NCBI GenBank assembly: GCA_017513245.1
Contig: JAFXGK010000014.1
Coordinates: 25,197 to 89,196 of the forward strand
DNA length: 64,000 nucleotides
Direction of reading: 5' to 3'
From: Clostridia bacterium
Lineage (GTDB): Bacteria; Bacillota; Clostridia; Oscillospirales; Acutalibacteraceae
Numbering within the stretch: the first letter of the stretch is position 1; every line of letters begins with the position of its first letter. Below are positions 47,359-58,075 of this stretch, piece after piece. The position numbers and the translations under genes are program-made. The notes under the pieces are model-generated. The model worked only from the letters and a program-made list of their open reading frames with translations, was not told where the DNA came from and did no database searches.

Positions 47359-47938
47359 GGTAGTAGCCGTATTCGGAGGCACCTTTAACCCTATACACAA
47401 CGGCCACGTTGAGATGGCAAAAAAGGCGCTGGCATTGCCGCAGGTGGAAAAACTCGTGGTAATTCCTACCTACCGTCCGCCCCATAAGGATGCGCAAATG
47501 TTGGCAACCGGTGAGGACCGCCTTAATATGTGCCGCATTGCACTTATTGGTATCGGCGACGTTGAATTCTCCGATATCGAGCTTGCCCGCGGAGGACTCA
47601 GCTACACCTACGATACCCTGTGCGAATTAGGCAAGCTTTACGGCAAAAGGGCAGCGCTTATGTGCGGCGGAGATATGATAACAACCTTCAGTGGCTGGTA
47701 TCGTTATATCGATATACTCAAAATGGCCGATATTATCGCTTTTCGCCGCATCGGTGTCGATAATGCCCAGTTTGACGCATCGGTTGAGAAACTTAGGTCC
47801 GAGGGCGGAAATATCACCGTTATCGAAGCCGATATTGCTGATATTTCTTCAACCGAAGTCAGGGCAGGCGAGTGGGATAAAATTCCCTCAAAGGTGCTTG
47901 ATTATATAAAAGAAAAAGGACTTTACGGAGTAAAATAA
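47351..47938 (+). CDS. nadD: nicotinate-nucleotide adenylyltransferase
   Basis: FGGTFNPIHNGH and ISSTEVR motifs. Confidence 0.9.
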   Translation: MDRVVAVFGGTFNPIHNGHVEMAKKALALPQVEKLVVIPTYRPPHKDAQMLATGEDRLNMCRIALIGIGDVEFSDIELARGGLSYTYDTLCELGKLYGKRAALMCGGDMITTFSGWYRYIDILKMADIIAFRRIGVDNAQFDASVEKLRSEGGNITVIEADIADISSTEVRAGEWDKIPSKVLDYIKEKGLYGVK

Positions 47939-48495
47939 TGACAATTGATGAATATAAGCAGCTGCTCGCCAAAAGGCTTAATCCTCAGCGTTATAAGCAT
48001 TCGCTCTGTGTCGCCGACGAGGCATTGCGTCTTGCCGAAAAATACGGCGGCGATAAGGATAAATGTTATCTGGCGGGATTACTGCACGACATTACCAAAA
48101 ATGCGCCGAAGGATGAGCACTTGCAATTGTTCCGTGACTTTGGTATAATTCTTTCGTCTGTGGAAGCGAATGCCCAAAAACTTTGGCACGCTATGTCGGG
48201 TTCGCTCTACGTTCGCCATAAGCTCGGCATAAACGACGACGAGATAATAACAGCAATCCGCTATCATACCACTGCCCGCGCAGGAATGACCCTTACGGAT
48301 AAAATACTGTATCTCGCCGATTTCACTTCGGCCGACCGTGACTATGACGACGTTGACGTTATGCGTCGTCTGGTTGATATAAGTATGGATGAAGCGCTTA
48401 AATATGCGCTTTCTTATTCCATCGTTGATTTAGTTAATAAAGGTAAGCCCATCCATCCGGATACGCTTGAGGCTTACAATGAAATATGTCTTTGA
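47938..48495 (+). CDS. yqeK: HD-domain bis(5'-nucleosyl)-tetraphosphatase YqeK
   Basis: RYKHSLCVA...GLLHDITK HD motif; conserved position after nadD. Confidence 0.85.
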   Translation: MTIDEYKQLLAKRLNPQRYKHSLCVADEALRLAEKYGGDKDKCYLAGLLHDITKNAPKDEHLQLFRDFGIILSSVEANAQKLWHAMSGSLYVRHKLGINDDEIITAIRYHTTARAGMTLTDKILYLADFTSADRDYDDVDVMRRLVDISMDEALKYALSYSIVDLVNKGKPIHPDTLEAYNEICL

Positions 48496-48875
48496 AAAGA
48501 GGAAAGTTTTTGGAAGCTTTTGAAATTTTAAAGGTTGCGGCAAATGCCGTTAACGAAAGAAAAGCAAGAGATATGTTTGCCGTTGAGGTAGGGGAGATAA
48601 CCATTCTCGCCGAATATCTTCTTATGGCAACCGCAACGTCTTCGACCCACGTTCGCGCACTCGCCGAGGAGGTTGAGTGCAAGCTCTCCGAGCTTGGCGT
48701 AGAGCCGCATCACGTTGAGGGCAAGGCGACCGGCTGGATATTGCTCGACTACAACGAGGTTATAGTTCACATCTTCAGCCGTGAGGCCAGAGAGTTTTAC
48801 TCGCTTGACCGTATGTGGAGCGACGGCAACGTAATTAATCTTGATGATATACTCACATCCGAGCAGGAGGATTAG
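48486..48875 (+). CDS. rsfS: ribosome silencing factor RsfS
   Basis: The GW.LLDY...VHIF signature ([14 protein letters not shown]...YSLDRMW). Confidence 0.85.
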   Translation: MSLKRGKFLEAFEILKVAANAVNERKARDMFAVEVGEITILAEYLLMATATSSTHVRALAEEVECKLSELGVEPHHVEGKATGWILLDYNEVIVHIFSREAREFYSLDRMWSDGNVINLDDILTSEQED

Positions 48876-48877
48876 CA

Positions 48878-51283
48878 ATGTTTTACGATTACAAGCAAAT
48901 TGAAAAGAAATGGCAGAAGCATTGGTACGAAAACAACACCTTTGCAGCAAAGGACGATTATACTCTTCCTAAGTTTTTTGCACTTGTAGAGTTTCCGTAT
49001 CCGTCGGGTCAGGGCCTTCACGTTGGCCACCCCCGTTCCTATACCGCCCTTGATATTGTAAGCCGCAAGAGAAGACTCGAAGGCTACAACGTGCTTTATC
49101 CCATGGGCTGGGATGCTTTCGGTCTTCCCACCGAGAACTTCGCCATAAAGAATCATATCCATCCCGAAATCGTAACCGAGAAAAACGTTGCTCACTTCAA
49201 AGAGCAACTTCAGGCGCTCGGCTTCTCCTTCGACTGGACCCGTGAAATTAATACCACCGACCCCGACTACTATAAGTGGACACAGTGGATATTCCTTCAG
49301 CTCTTCAAAAAGGGCCTCGCATATAAAAAGGAAATGTCGGTTAACTGGTGTACCTCTTGTAAGTGCGTTCTTGCAAATGAAGAGGTTGTTAACGGCGTTT
49401 GCGAACGCTGCGGCAACGAGGTAGTACATAAGGTAAAGAGCCAGTGGATGCTCAAAATAACTGAGTATGCCGAAAAACTCATTGACGGCCTTGACGACGT
49501 AAACTTCATCGAGCGTGTTAAGACCCAGCAGAAAAACTGGATCGGCCGTTCCGAAGGTACTCAGATTAAGTTCAAGACAACTCTGGGCGACGAGTTTGAG
49601 GTTTTCTCAACCCGCGCAGATACACTCTTCGGTGTTACATATATGGTTATCTCGCCCGAGCATCCGTTGCTTGAAAAGTGGGCTGACAAACTTTCTAACA
49701 TTGACGAGGTTCGTGCATATCAGGAAGAGGCTGCACGTAAGTCCGATTTCGAGCGTACCGAGCTTGCCAAGGACAAGACCGGCGTAAAGCTTGAGGGTGT
49801 TGCGGCTATCAACCCCGCCACCGAGCAGGAAATTCCGATTTTCGTATCCGACTATGTTCTTATTTCTTACGGTACCGGCTGTGTTATGGGTGTTCCCGGA
49901 CACGACAGTCGTGACTGGGCTTTTGCCCGTAAGTTCGGTGTGCCGATTATCGAGGTTGTTGCCGGCGGCGACGTTGAAAAAGAAGCATACACCGATTGTG
50001 ATACCGGCGTTATGGTAAACTCCGGCTTCCTTAACGGTATGTCGGTTGACGAGGCAAAGAAGGCTATTGCCGATTGGCTCATTGAGCGTGGCCTCGGCTC
50101 CAAGACTGTAAACTATAAGCTTCGTGACTGGGTATTCTCGCGTCAGAGATATTGGGGCGAACCCATTCCGATTGTTCACTGTGACAAGTGCGGCTACGTT
50201 CCGGTTCCCGAATCCGAACTGCCGCTTTTACTCCCCACGGTTGATTCCTACGAACCCACCGATAACGGCGAATCTCCGCTTGCAAAGATGACCGATTGGG
50301 TTAACACCACCTGTCCTCATTGCGGCGGCCCCGCACATCGCGAAACCGATACAATGCCCCAGTGGGCCGGCTCCTCGTGGTACTTCTTACGCTATTGCGA
50401 TCCCCACAACAAGGAAGCATTAGCTTCCAAGGAAGCACTTGAATATTGGGGCCCCGTTGATTGGTATAACGGCGGTATGGAGCATACAACTCTCCATCTG
50501 CTTTACAGCCGTTTCTGGCATCACTTCCTTTACGACATCGGCATCGTTCCCACCGCCGAGCCCTATGCAAAGCGTACCAGCCACGGTATGATTCTCGGCG
50601 AAAACGGTGAGAAGATGTCTAAGTCGCGCGGTAACGTTGTTAACCCCGACGATATCGTTAACCAGTACGGCGCCGACACAATGCGTTTATACGAGATGTT
50701 CATTGGCGACTTCGAAAAGGCCGCACCTTGGAGTTCGTCCTCCATCAAGGGTTGCAAGCGCTTCCTCGACCGCGTTTGGGCACTCAACGATATGGTAGTA
50801 GACGGTGACGATTACAGCGCCGAACTTGAGAGCGATTTTCACCGTACCATCCAGAAGGTAACGAGCGATATCGAAGAACTCAAGATGAATACCGCCATCG
50901 CTGCACTTATGTCACTTCTTAACGGCATCTACGCCAAGAAGAACGTAACCCGCGGCGAACTCAAGACGTTTATAACACTGCTTAATCCCTTTGCACCGCA
51001 CTTAACCGAAGAAATGTGGGTAATGAACGGTTATGACGGAATGCTCAACGAAACCAAGTGGCCTGTATTCGATGAGGCAAAGTGCGTAGTAGCTTCCATC
51101 GAAATCGTTGCGCAGATTAACGGTAAGATAAAGGCAAAACTCAACGTTCCTGCCGAGATTACCGCACCCGATGCAATCGCGCTCGCAAAGGCTGATGCCG
51201 CAGTTGCTGCAGCAATGGAAGGCAAGACCGTAATTAAGGAACTTTACGTTCCCGGCAAGCTTGTAAATATTGTTGTAAAATAA
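48878..51283 (+). CDS. leuS: leucine--tRNA ligase
   Basis: [12 protein letters not shown] (HIGH) and KMSKSRGN (KMSKS) motifs; 801 aa. There is no leader, and the start lies 2 nt after rsfS. Confidence 0.97.
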   Translation: MFYDYKQIEKKWQKHWYENNTFAAKDDYTLPKFFALVEFPYPSGQGLHVGHPRSYTALDIVSRKRRLEGYNVLYPMGWDAFGLPTENFAIKNHIHPEIVTEKNVAHFKEQLQALGFSFDWTREINTTDPDYYKWTQWIFLQLFKKGLAYKKEMSVNWCTSCKCVLANEEVVNGVCERCGNEVVHKVKSQWMLKITEYAEKLIDGLDDVNFIERVKTQQKNWIGRSEGTQIKFKTTLGDEFEVFSTRADTLFGVTYMVISPEHPLLEKWADKLSNIDEVRAYQEEAARKSDFERTELAKDKTGVKLEGVAAINPATEQEIPIFVSDYVLISYGTGCVMGVPGHDSRDWAFARKFGVPIIEVVAGGDVEKEAYTDCDTGVMVNSGFLNGMSVDEAKKAIADWLIERGLGSKTVNYKLRDWVFSRQRYWGEPIPIVHCDKCGYVPVPESELPLLLPTVDSYEPTDNGESPLAKMTDWVNTTCPHCGGPAHRETDTMPQWAGSSWYFLRYCDPHNKEALASKEALEYWGPVDWYNGGMEHTTLHLLYSRFWHHFLYDIGIVPTAEPYAKRTSHGMILGENGEKMSKSRGNVVNPDDIVNQYGADTMRLYEMFIGDFEKAAPWSSSSIKGCKRFLDRVWALNDMVVDGDDYSAELESDFHRTIQKVTSDIEELKMNTAIAALMSLLNGIYAKKNVTRGELKTFITLLNPFAPHLTEEMWVMNGYDGMLNETKWPVFDEAKCVVASIEIVAQINGKIKAKLNVPAEITAPDAIALAKADAAVAAAMEGKTVIKELYVPGKLVNIVVK

Positions 51284-51287
51284 TGTC

Positions 51288-51316
51288 TTGACAGATTGGG
51301 TTTTGCCTAGTATAAT
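51288..51316 (+). promoter_or_regulatory. perfect consensus sigma-A promoter (TTGACA-17 nt-TATAAT) for rpsU
   Basis: TTGACA at 51288-51293 and TATAAT at 51311-51316. Confidence 0.6.
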
Positions 51317-51361
51317 GTAATTTGATAACCCCTGCTATATATGCGGAGGGAGGGAATGTAA

Positions 51362-51538
51362 ATGAGTCAAGTAAGAGTTAAAGAAAATGAGTCGCTTGAT
51401 AACGCACTCAGACGCTTTAAAAGACAGACCGCTAAAGACGGAGTAATCCAGGAAGTTCGCAAAAGAGAACACTATGAAAAGCCTTCTGTAAAGCGTAAAA
51501 AGAAGTCGGAAGCCGCACGTAAGCGCAAGTTCCGATAA
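51362..51538 (+). CDS. rpsU: 30S ribosomal protein S21 (58 aa; below the ORF-track cutoff)
   Basis: Manual translation gives [72 protein letters not shown] upstream. Confidence 0.9.
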   Translation: MSQVRVKENESLDNALRRFKRQTAKDGVIQEVRKREHYEKPSVKRKKKSEAARKRKFR

Positions 51539-51553
51539 ATTACTTATTGCATG

Positions 51554-51585
51554 AAAGCGGCTGCAGAAAAGCGGCCGCTTTTTTG
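51554..51585 (+). terminator. intrinsic terminator after rpsU
   Basis: aaagcggc...gccgcttt stem followed by TTTTTT. Confidence 0.6.
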
Positions 51586-51604
51586 TGCAAAAAGGGGAAT
51601 TTTT

Positions 51605-52090
51605 ATGATTTTGAAACCACATATAAAACGCGAGCGAATAACCGATATTACTCTCGATGATTTAAAATTCTTAGGGGTAAAAGCTCTGCTTTTAGATGTT
51701 GATAATACTATGTCCACCCATCATGGCCAAACCCTGACTGACGGCCTTTTAGATTGGATTTCCATGATGCAGGAAAACGGTATAAAGCTTATGGTTCTTT
51801 CCAATTCTAAAAGAAAAAGGGTAGAGCCGTTTGCCGCAAAAATAAACCTGCCGTTTATCTCGCTCGGTTTAAAGCCGCTTCCTTTCGGATATTTTCGCGG
51901 CGCAAAGGCCTTGGGCGAAAAGCGTAAACATATTGCAATCGTTGGTGACCAGATGTTTACCGATATGCTCGGTGGCTGGGGCGCAGGAGTTAAGAAAATC
52001 CTCCTTACCCCAATTCTACCCGAGGATAAATTCAGTTTTAAGGTAAGACGCGCGCTTGAAAAGCAGCTTCTTAAGCGATACAAGTTTTAG
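51605..52090 (+). CDS. YqeG-family HAD phosphatase
   Basis: The LLLDVDNT HAD motif I, SN motif II and GDQMFTD motif III. The ATG at 51605 avoids spanning the rpsU terminator. Confidence 0.8.
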   Translation: MILKPHIKRERITDITLDDLKFLGVKALLLDVDNTMSTHHGQTLTDGLLDWISMMQENGIKLMVLSNSKRKRVEPFAAKINLPFISLGLKPLPFGYFRGAKALGEKRKHIAIVGDQMFTDMLGGWGAGVKKILLTPILPEDKFSFKVRRALEKQLLKRYKF

Positions 52091-52102
52091 GACGGTGAAA
52101 AA

Positions 52103-52957
52103 ATGTCTGCAAAATTCGGTCCTGCAGGAAACTCCGAAAGTTTCTTTAAAATGGGCTATAAGGGAAGTCTTGACGTTCCCGAATACGTAGAAAAAATGGG
52201 TCTCGACGCATTCGAATATCAGTGCGGACGCGGCGTAAATATCGGTCTCGATAAGGCCGCCGAACTCGGCCGCCGTGCCGCCGAAAAGGGTATAACCCTT
52301 TCGCTTCACGCGCCGTATTATATTTCTATGTCCTCGGTTGAGGAGGAAAAGCGTCTTAACTCCCTAAACTATATTTTAAGCAGCGCCCGCGCCGTCAAGG
52401 CAATGGGCGGAAACCGCATAATCGTGCATACCGGCTCCTGCGGAAAAATCAGCAGGGAAGAGGCGCTGTTTCTCGCATGCGATACAATGCGCAAAGCGCT
52501 TTCGGCACTCGATAGCGAGGGCCTTTCTGATATTCACGTTTGCCCCGAAACCATGGGTAAAATCAATCAACTCGGCACACTCGAGGAGGTCATAGCCCTC
52601 TGTGAGCTCGATGAGCGACTTATTCCGTGTATCGACTTCGGTCACCTGAACGCCCGAACCCTCGGCGGCCTTCGTGAGAAAAGCGATTTCGAAGAGATAT
52701 TCGACCAAATCGAAAACCGTTTGGGAAGCGACCGACTAAAGAGCTTCCATTCCCATTTTTCGAAGATTGAATATACCACCGGCGGCGAGAAAAAGCACCT
52801 CACCTTTGAGGACACTGTCTTCGGTCCCGACTATCTGCCCGTTATGGAGCTTATAGCGCAAAAAAATTGTTCGCCCGTTATTATCTGTGAATCGGACGGT
52901 ACGCAGGCGGAAGATGCAAAAATCATGAAAGACTGCTACTTATCGCTCTTAAAATAG
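52103..52957 (+). CDS. xylose-isomerase-like TIM-barrel protein (endonuclease IV-like)
   Basis: KFGPAGNSESF N-terminus, LHAPYYI, VHTG and CPETMG motifs reminiscent of the AP endonuclease 2 fold. Confidence 0.65.
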   Translation: MSAKFGPAGNSESFFKMGYKGSLDVPEYVEKMGLDAFEYQCGRGVNIGLDKAAELGRRAAEKGITLSLHAPYYISMSSVEEEKRLNSLNYILSSARAVKAMGGNRIIVHTGSCGKISREEALFLACDTMRKALSALDSEGLSDIHVCPETMGKINQLGTLEEVIALCELDERLIPCIDFGHLNARTLGGLREKSDFEEIFDQIENRLGSDRLKSFHSHFSKIEYTTGGEKKHLTFEDTVFGPDYLPVMELIAQKNCSPVIICESDGTQAEDAKIMKDCYLSLLK

Positions 52958-52967
52958 CGCTAAAGTC

Positions 52968-52996
52968 TTGACAAAAGGATAAAAAAACCTTATAAT
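52968..52996 (+). promoter_or_regulatory. perfect consensus sigma-A promoter (TTGACA-17 nt-TATAAT) for efp
   Basis: TTGACA at 52968-52973 and TATAAT at 52991-52996. Confidence 0.6.
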
Positions 52997-53052
52997 TTTT
53001 TTGAGTTAGAATATAACTTTATATTGATTTTGTTTTTTGGAGGAATTTTAAA

Positions 53053-53610
53053 ATGGTAAGTGCTGGTGATTTCAGAAACGGTGTAACATTTGAAATGGAC
53101 GGTAACGTTTATCAGATCATCGAATTTCAGCATGTAAAGCCCGGTAAGGGAGCAGCTTTCGTTCGCGCAAAGATCAGAAATGTTATTGCCGGTTCGGTTG
53201 TTGAACGCACCTTCAACCCTAACGATAAATATCCCACTGCATTCGTTGAGAGAAAGGAAATGGAGTTCTCCTACAGTGACGAGGGCCTTTACTACTTCAT
53301 GGATCCCGAAAGCTACGAGCTCGTTCCCGTTAACGCATCCGACCTCGGCGATGCATTCAAGTTTGTAAAGGAAAATATGGTTTGCAAAATCTTATCCTAC
53401 AAGGGCAACGTTTTCGGCGTTGAGCCCCCCACATTCGTAGAACTTCAGGTAACCCAGACCGATCCCGGTTTCGCAGGCAACACTGCTACCAACGCAACCA
53501 AGCCCGCAACTCTTGAAACCGGCGCAGAAATTCGCGTTCCGCTCTTCATCAACGAAGGCGATATGATCCGCATTGATACCCGCACCGGCGAGTACATGGA
53601 GCGCGCATAA
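53053..53610 (+). CDS. efp: elongation factor P
   Basis: The [19 protein letters not shown] signature; 185 aa. Confidence 0.95.
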   Translation: MVSAGDFRNGVTFEMDGNVYQIIEFQHVKPGKGAAFVRAKIRNVIAGSVVERTFNPNDKYPTAFVERKEMEFSYSDEGLYYFMDPESYELVPVNASDLGDAFKFVKENMVCKILSYKGNVFGVEPPTFVELQVTQTDPGFAGNTATNATKPATLETGAEIRVPLFINEGDMIRIDTRTGEYMERA

Positions 53611-53655
53611 TTTTTAAAAAATTGCTAAATATAACCTTTAAAGGAGTGCATAGAA

Positions 53656-54072
53656 ATGACTATTTCCGAAAAAGTATCTTATATTAAGGGTCTGGCTGAC
53701 GGTCTCGGTCTTGACGAGAACAACAAGCAGGACAAAATCTTAAAGGCTATCATCGACGTTCTTGATGATATCGCTCTTACCGTAGAGGATCTTGAGGATG
53801 GTTGCGCAGAGCTCGCAGAGCAGATTGATGCTGTTGATGAGGATCTCGCCGCTGTTGAAGATTTCGTTTATGAGGATGACTGCGATTGTGACGATTGCTG
53901 CGATTGCGACGACGAGCTTTATGAGGTTGAGTGCCCCAACTGCAACGATATTATCTGCGTAGATGAGGATATGCTCGCTGAGGGAAGCATCGACTGCCCC
54001 AATTGCGGTACAAATCTCGAGTTCGACCTCGAATGTGATTGCGATTGCTGCGACGGCGATTGCGAAGATTAA
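53656..54072 (+). CDS. acidic Cys/Asp-rich protein with a central zinc ribbon
   Basis: 138 aa. A helical acidic N-terminal half, then DCDCDDCCDCDD, then CPNC...(17 aa)...CPNC, then ECDCDCCDGDCED. AAAGGAG RBS and a strong terminator downstream. Confidence 0.7.
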   Translation: MTISEKVSYIKGLADGLGLDENNKQDKILKAIIDVLDDIALTVEDLEDGCAELAEQIDAVDEDLAAVEDFVYEDDCDCDDCCDCDDELYEVECPNCNDIICVDEDMLAEGSIDCPNCGTNLEFDLECDCDCCDGDCED

Positions 54073-54086
54073 GTAATAAAAAAACG

Positions 54087-54120
54087 TGCCGCGCTTTGTT
54101 ATCAAAGGGCGGCATTTTTT
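54087..54120 (+). terminator. intrinsic terminator
   Basis: tgccgc-g-ctttg...caaag-g-gcggca stem followed by TTTTTT. Confidence 0.7.
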
Positions 54121-54131
54121 GTGGGGAAAGT

Positions 54132-54869
54132 ATGGAACTTACTGAACTTCTTTTAAAATACGAAACCGAGAACGTCGAGAAGGGAAACGTTTCGGCTGTT
54201 ATCGTGGCTGCAGGCTCCTCCAGCCGTATGGGTGGAGTGCAAAAGCAACTGCTCTGCATTGGCGGTATTCCCGTGCTTGCCAGAACGCTTTTGGCATTCG
54301 AAAACGCAAAATGCATTAAAAATATCGTCATTGTTGCAAGAGAGTGCGATATTCTGGGATTCCAGATGTTGGTCGATAAATATATGATATCCAAGGTTAC
54401 CGATATCGTAGAAGGCGGCTCCTGCCGTGAGGAATCGGTCAAAAAAGGCGTGCTGCAACTCGACTTAGATACCGAATGTGTTTTAATTCATGACGGAGCT
54501 CGTCCCTTCGTAACCGAGGAGATTATTACTGCCGTTGCCGAAGCCGCAAGGGAACACGGCGCAGCTTCTTGTGCCGTAGCGGTTAAGGATACGCTGAAGG
54601 TGGTTGAAAACGGCGTAGTAAAGCAAACTCTCAATCGTGATTCGATAGTATCCATCCAAACCCCTCAGGGCTTTGATTACAAAAAATTCAAGGCTGCCAT
54701 AACATCCAAAGAGGACCTTTCCGTCTTTACCGACGACTGCTCGGTAGTAGAAGCCGATGGGATGACTGTTCGAATTGTTGAGGGCAGCTACAACAACATA
54801 AAAATAACTACACAAGAGGACGTGGCGGTAGCCGAGGGAATCCTTGGCTTTGGAGGTAAAAAATGTTAA
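54132..54869 (+). CDS. ispD: 2-C-methyl-D-erythritol 4-phosphate cytidylyltransferase
   Basis: [14 protein letters not shown] and [10 protein letters not shown] motifs. Confidence 0.9.
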   Translation: MELTELLLKYETENVEKGNVSAVIVAAGSSSRMGGVQKQLLCIGGIPVLARTLLAFENAKCIKNIVIVARECDILGFQMLVDKYMISKVTDIVEGGSCREESVKKGVLQLDLDTECVLIHDGARPFVTEEIITAVAEAAREHGAASCAVAVKDTLKVVENGVVKQTLNRDSIVSIQTPQGFDYKKFKAAITSKEDLSVFTDDCSVVEADGMTVRIVEGSYNNIKITTQEDVAVAEGILGFGGKKC

Positions 54870-55342
54870 GAATAGGACACGGATATGACGTTCACAAGTT
54901 CGCAAAAGACCGTCGCCTTATTTTAGGCGGTGTGGAAATCGAATATTCGCTCGGCCTTCTCGGACACTCGGACGCGGACGTGCTGCTGCATGCCGTGAGC
55001 GATGCGCTGCTGGGTGCGGCAGGACTTGGCGACATTGGCAAGCATTTTCCCGATACCGCTGCAGAATTCGAGGGCATCGACAGCCGAATCCTTCTGCGTC
55101 GCGTAGTTGCGCTGCTTGACGAAAAGGGATATGCTGTAGGCAACGTTGATGCAACCGTGATTGCCCAAAAACCGAAGCTTGCTCCCCACATATCTAAAAT
55201 GGCTGAAAACATTGCCGCCGACTGTAGGGTTGACGCCGGTTTTATTAACGTAAAGGCCACAACCGAGGAGGGCCTCGGCTTTACGGGCGAACTGCTCGGA
55301 ATAGCCGCGCACGCCGTTTGCACGGTCGTATCTAAACAGTAA
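54863..55342 (+). CDS. ispF: 2-C-methyl-D-erythritol 2,4-cyclodiphosphate synthase
   Basis: [24 protein letters not shown] and the DIGKHFPDT signature. Confidence 0.95.
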   Translation: MLRIGHGYDVHKFAKDRRLILGGVEIEYSLGLLGHSDADVLLHAVSDALLGAAGLGDIGKHFPDTAAEFEGIDSRILLRRVVALLDEKGYAVGNVDATVIAQKPKLAPHISKMAENIAADCRVDAGFINVKATTEEGLGFTGELLGIAAHAVCTVVSKQ

Positions 55343-55399
55343 TAATAACACATCCTTTTTCATAGTATTACTATAACCGTGAAGAGGGATGTGCTTTTA

Positions 55400-55870
55400 A
55401 TGTATGCGGTGTTAGGCAGGCAAAGAATTAAATTAGTTTGTTTTGCCGCACTTCTGTTTGTAGCGTTTATACTTGAAGGCGTGATTATAACCAAGGCCGA
55501 TTCGGCCGATATACGCAACAGTGATGCACGGCTTAAATATCTGTCGGGTCTCGGTATCGAGGTCGATATCACGTCTTTAGAGCAAACCGAGGTACAAATC
55601 CCTGATACCTTTGGCAGCGTTTACAAAAATTATAACGAGCTTCAAAAGTCTGCGGGATTTGATTTAGCCGATTATAAGGGCGCTGTGGTCACTAAATACA
55701 CCTATAAGGTGCTGAAAACCGAGCAAGAGGTTTACGTAAATCTGCTTTGCTATAAGGGCAGAGTAATAGGCGGCGATATCTCGTCGCGGCGGCTTGACGG
55801 CTTTATGCTGCCGCTTGAAAAAACAACCGTTTTAGGAGAAGTTAAAAATGGCTTTAATGAGGCTGGATAA
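55400..55870 (+). CDS. membrane-anchored DUF4830-like protein
   Basis: A single N-terminal TM segment and the pattern YLSGLGIEV...YKNYNELQKSAGFDL, recalled from DUF4830. The start is either the ATG at 55400 or the GTG at 55379. Confidence 0.55.
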   Translation: MYAVLGRQRIKLVCFAALLFVAFILEGVIITKADSADIRNSDARLKYLSGLGIEVDITSLEQTEVQIPDTFGSVYKNYNELQKSAGFDLADYKGAVVTKYTYKVLKTEQEVYVNLLCYKGRVIGGDISSRRLDGFMLPLEKTTVLGEVKNGFNEAG

Positions 55871-56567
55871 GTTTATATCAAACCAAACCGGTATGTCACG
55901 CAGTGAGGCGAGGGAAGTGCTCAAATCGCTTCGCGTTACGGTAAATGGCGTTACCGAAAAGCACTACGACTACAAGGTCGATACCGATAAGGATGCCGTT
56001 ACGGTAAACGGCGTTTCCGTTTCGTATAACGAATATCTTTACATACTTATGAATAAGCCTAAGGGTGTGCTTACAGCCACCGAAGACAAGCGCCAAAAGA
56101 CGGTGCTCGATTTACTGTCGGACGATGTAAGACGCAAGGATATGGCTCCCGTGGGCAGGCTCGACAAGGACACTACAGGTCTCTTGCTTCTAACCGACGA
56201 CGGCAAGACGGCACACAAAATCATATCCCCGAAATCCATGGTGGAAAAGGAATACGTGGCAGAGCTTGACGGTGACATCACCGAGGACTGCATTCGCTCG
56301 TTTTCAGAGGGCGTAACTCTGGCGGACGGAACCAAGTGCATGCCCGTCGTTTTAAAGAGAATTAAAGAAAACGTGGCCTCCATAACTATATGTGAAGGCA
56401 AGTACCATCAGATAAAGCGAATGTTCGGCACGGCCGGGCTCGGCGTGAACGGTCTTACACGCATTCGTATAGGCGGTCTCTGCTTGCCCGAATGCCTGGC
56501 TGAGGGAGAGTATATGGTGCTCGAAAGCAGGGAAGAACTCCTTGAAAAAATTTCCTTAAACGGATGA
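55848..56567 (+). CDS. RsuA/RluB-family pseudouridine synthase with an S4 domain
   Basis: MRLDKFIS S4 N-terminus and the catalytic GRLDKDTTGLLLLTDDG. Confidence 0.85.
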   Translation: MALMRLDKFISNQTGMSRSEAREVLKSLRVTVNGVTEKHYDYKVDTDKDAVTVNGVSVSYNEYLYILMNKPKGVLTATEDKRQKTVLDLLSDDVRRKDMAPVGRLDKDTTGLLLLTDDGKTAHKIISPKSMVEKEYVAELDGDITEDCIRSFSEGVTLADGTKCMPVVLKRIKENVASITICEGKYHQIKRMFGTAGLGVNGLTRIRIGGLCLPECLAEGEYMVLESREELLEKISLNG

Positions 56568-56733
56568 TTTTTATGTCGAAATCTAGGTTATTATACATTT
56601 GTTACAAACATAACAGCGTTATTTTGGATAAAATCTATGTAGCAATTTTTAGTGCGTTTTGGTATAATACTGACGATGATAAGAAGTATGTTTATAAGCA
56701 GTTCTCTGCTTAAATATTAGGAGGTCAAAAATA

Positions 56734-57876
56734 ATGGCTAGTTTGTCACTTCGCAACATCTACAAAAAATACCCCGGCGGTGTAGTTGCAGTTTCCGATT
56801 TCAATCTTGAAATCAAGGACAAGGAATTCATCATCCTTGTAGGTCCTTCCGGCTGCGGTAAGTCTACTACCCTCCGTATGGTTGCAGGTCTTGAAGAGAT
56901 CAGCAGCGGTGAGCTTTACATCGGCGACCGTCTTGTTAACGATGTTGCTCCTAAGGATAGAGATATCGCCATGGTTTTCCAGAACTATGCTCTTTATCCC
57001 CATATGACCGTATTTGATAATATGGCATTTGGTCTTAAACTTCGCAAAACTTCTAAGGATGAAATCAAGAGACGTGTTGAAGAAGCAGCTCGTATCCTCG
57101 ATATTGAGCATCTTCTTGAGCGTAAGCCGAAGGCTTTGTCCGGTGGTCAGCGTCAGCGTGTTGCTCTCGGTCGTGCAATCGTTCGTGAGCCGAAGGTATT
57201 CTTACTTGACGAACCGCTTTCCAACCTTGATGCTAAGCTTCGTGCACAGATGCGTACCGAGATTACAAAGCTCCATCAGCGTCTCGGAACCACATTTATT
57301 TACGTTACTCACGACCAGACCGAAGCTATGACCATGGGTACCCGTATCGTAGTTATGAAGGACGGCTTCATCCAGCAGGTTGATGCTCCTCAGAAGCTTT
57401 ATGAGTTCCCGTGCAACCTCTTCGTTGCAGGCTTCATCGGCTCTCCGCAGATGAACTTCATCGAAGCAAAGGTGTTAAAGGAGAACGACGACTTCTTCGT
57501 AGAGTTCGGTTCTGAAGATACCAAGACCCGTGCAGGCGTTAAGTATCAGATTAAGCTTCCGGCATCCAAGAATAAGGACAACTGCCTCGAGGCTTACGTT
57601 GATAAGGAAGTTATCTTCGGTATCAGACCTGAGCACGTTCACAACGAGCCCGAACTCGTTGCAAACCTTCCCGACGGTATTGTTGAGGCTAATGTTGAAG
57701 TTACCGAGCTTATGGGTGCTGAAACCTACCTCTACATGAACTGTGAAGGTCAGGCAATCAACGCTCGCGTTGATCCTTCGTCTACTGCTCGCGCAGGCGA
57801 CACTATCAAGATTGCTATTGATCCTGCCAAGATTCACATCTTCGACAAGGACACCGAGAAGACAATCTGCAACTAA
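56734..57876 (+). CDS. sugar ABC transporter ATP-binding protein (MsmK/MalK/UgpC type), stand-alone
   Basis: Walker [24 protein letters not shown], Walker [12 protein letters not shown], and a C-terminal MalK-like regulatory domain. No permease or binding-protein genes are adjacent. Confidence 0.9.
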   Translation: MASLSLRNIYKKYPGGVVAVSDFNLEIKDKEFIILVGPSGCGKSTTLRMVAGLEEISSGELYIGDRLVNDVAPKDRDIAMVFQNYALYPHMTVFDNMAFGLKLRKTSKDEIKRRVEEAARILDIEHLLERKPKALSGGQRQRVALGRAIVREPKVFLLDEPLSNLDAKLRAQMRTEITKLHQRLGTTFIYVTHDQTEAMTMGTRIVVMKDGFIQQVDAPQKLYEFPCNLFVAGFIGSPQMNFIEAKVLKENDDFFVEFGSEDTKTRAGVKYQIKLPASKNKDNCLEAYVDKEVIFGIRPEHVHNEPELVANLPDGIVEANVEVTELMGAETYLYMNCEGQAINARVDPSSTARAGDTIKIAIDPAKIHIFDKDTEKTICN

Positions 57877-57888
57877 TATTAAAACATT

Positions 57889-57923
57889 CGCACCGCTTGA
57901 TACCAAGCGGTGCGTTTTCTTTT
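57889..57923 (+). terminator. intrinsic terminator
   Basis: cgcaccgcttg-atac-caagcggtgcg 11-bp perfect stem followed by TTTTCTTTT. Confidence 0.8.
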
Positions 57924-58075
57924 GCCGATTTTGTTACTAATTTGTTACTTTTTTTAATTTTTCTTAAGTTAGATATTGCAAATTTGTTCATTTGTGGTAC
58001 AATATAATGTGTATATTCATGGTTATTATATACAATATTACGATTTTGATTATATTTTAGAGAGAAGGATGTTAA

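Noticed and set aside
51551-51604. The upstream ATG (51551) for the YqeG-like HAD phosphatase.
   Set aside because: It would make the coding region run through the rpsU terminator hairpin and T-run. The ATG at 51605 gives the normal N-terminus shortly before the DxDNT motif.
54039-54131. The extended N-terminus (MRLLRRRLRRLSNKK...) for ispD, overlapping the Cys-rich protein gene and its terminator.
   Set aside because: The Arg-rich translation is an out-of-frame read of the (GAT TGC)n tract and of the terminator. The ATG at 54132 follows the terminator and precedes the conserved [13 protein letters not shown] motif.
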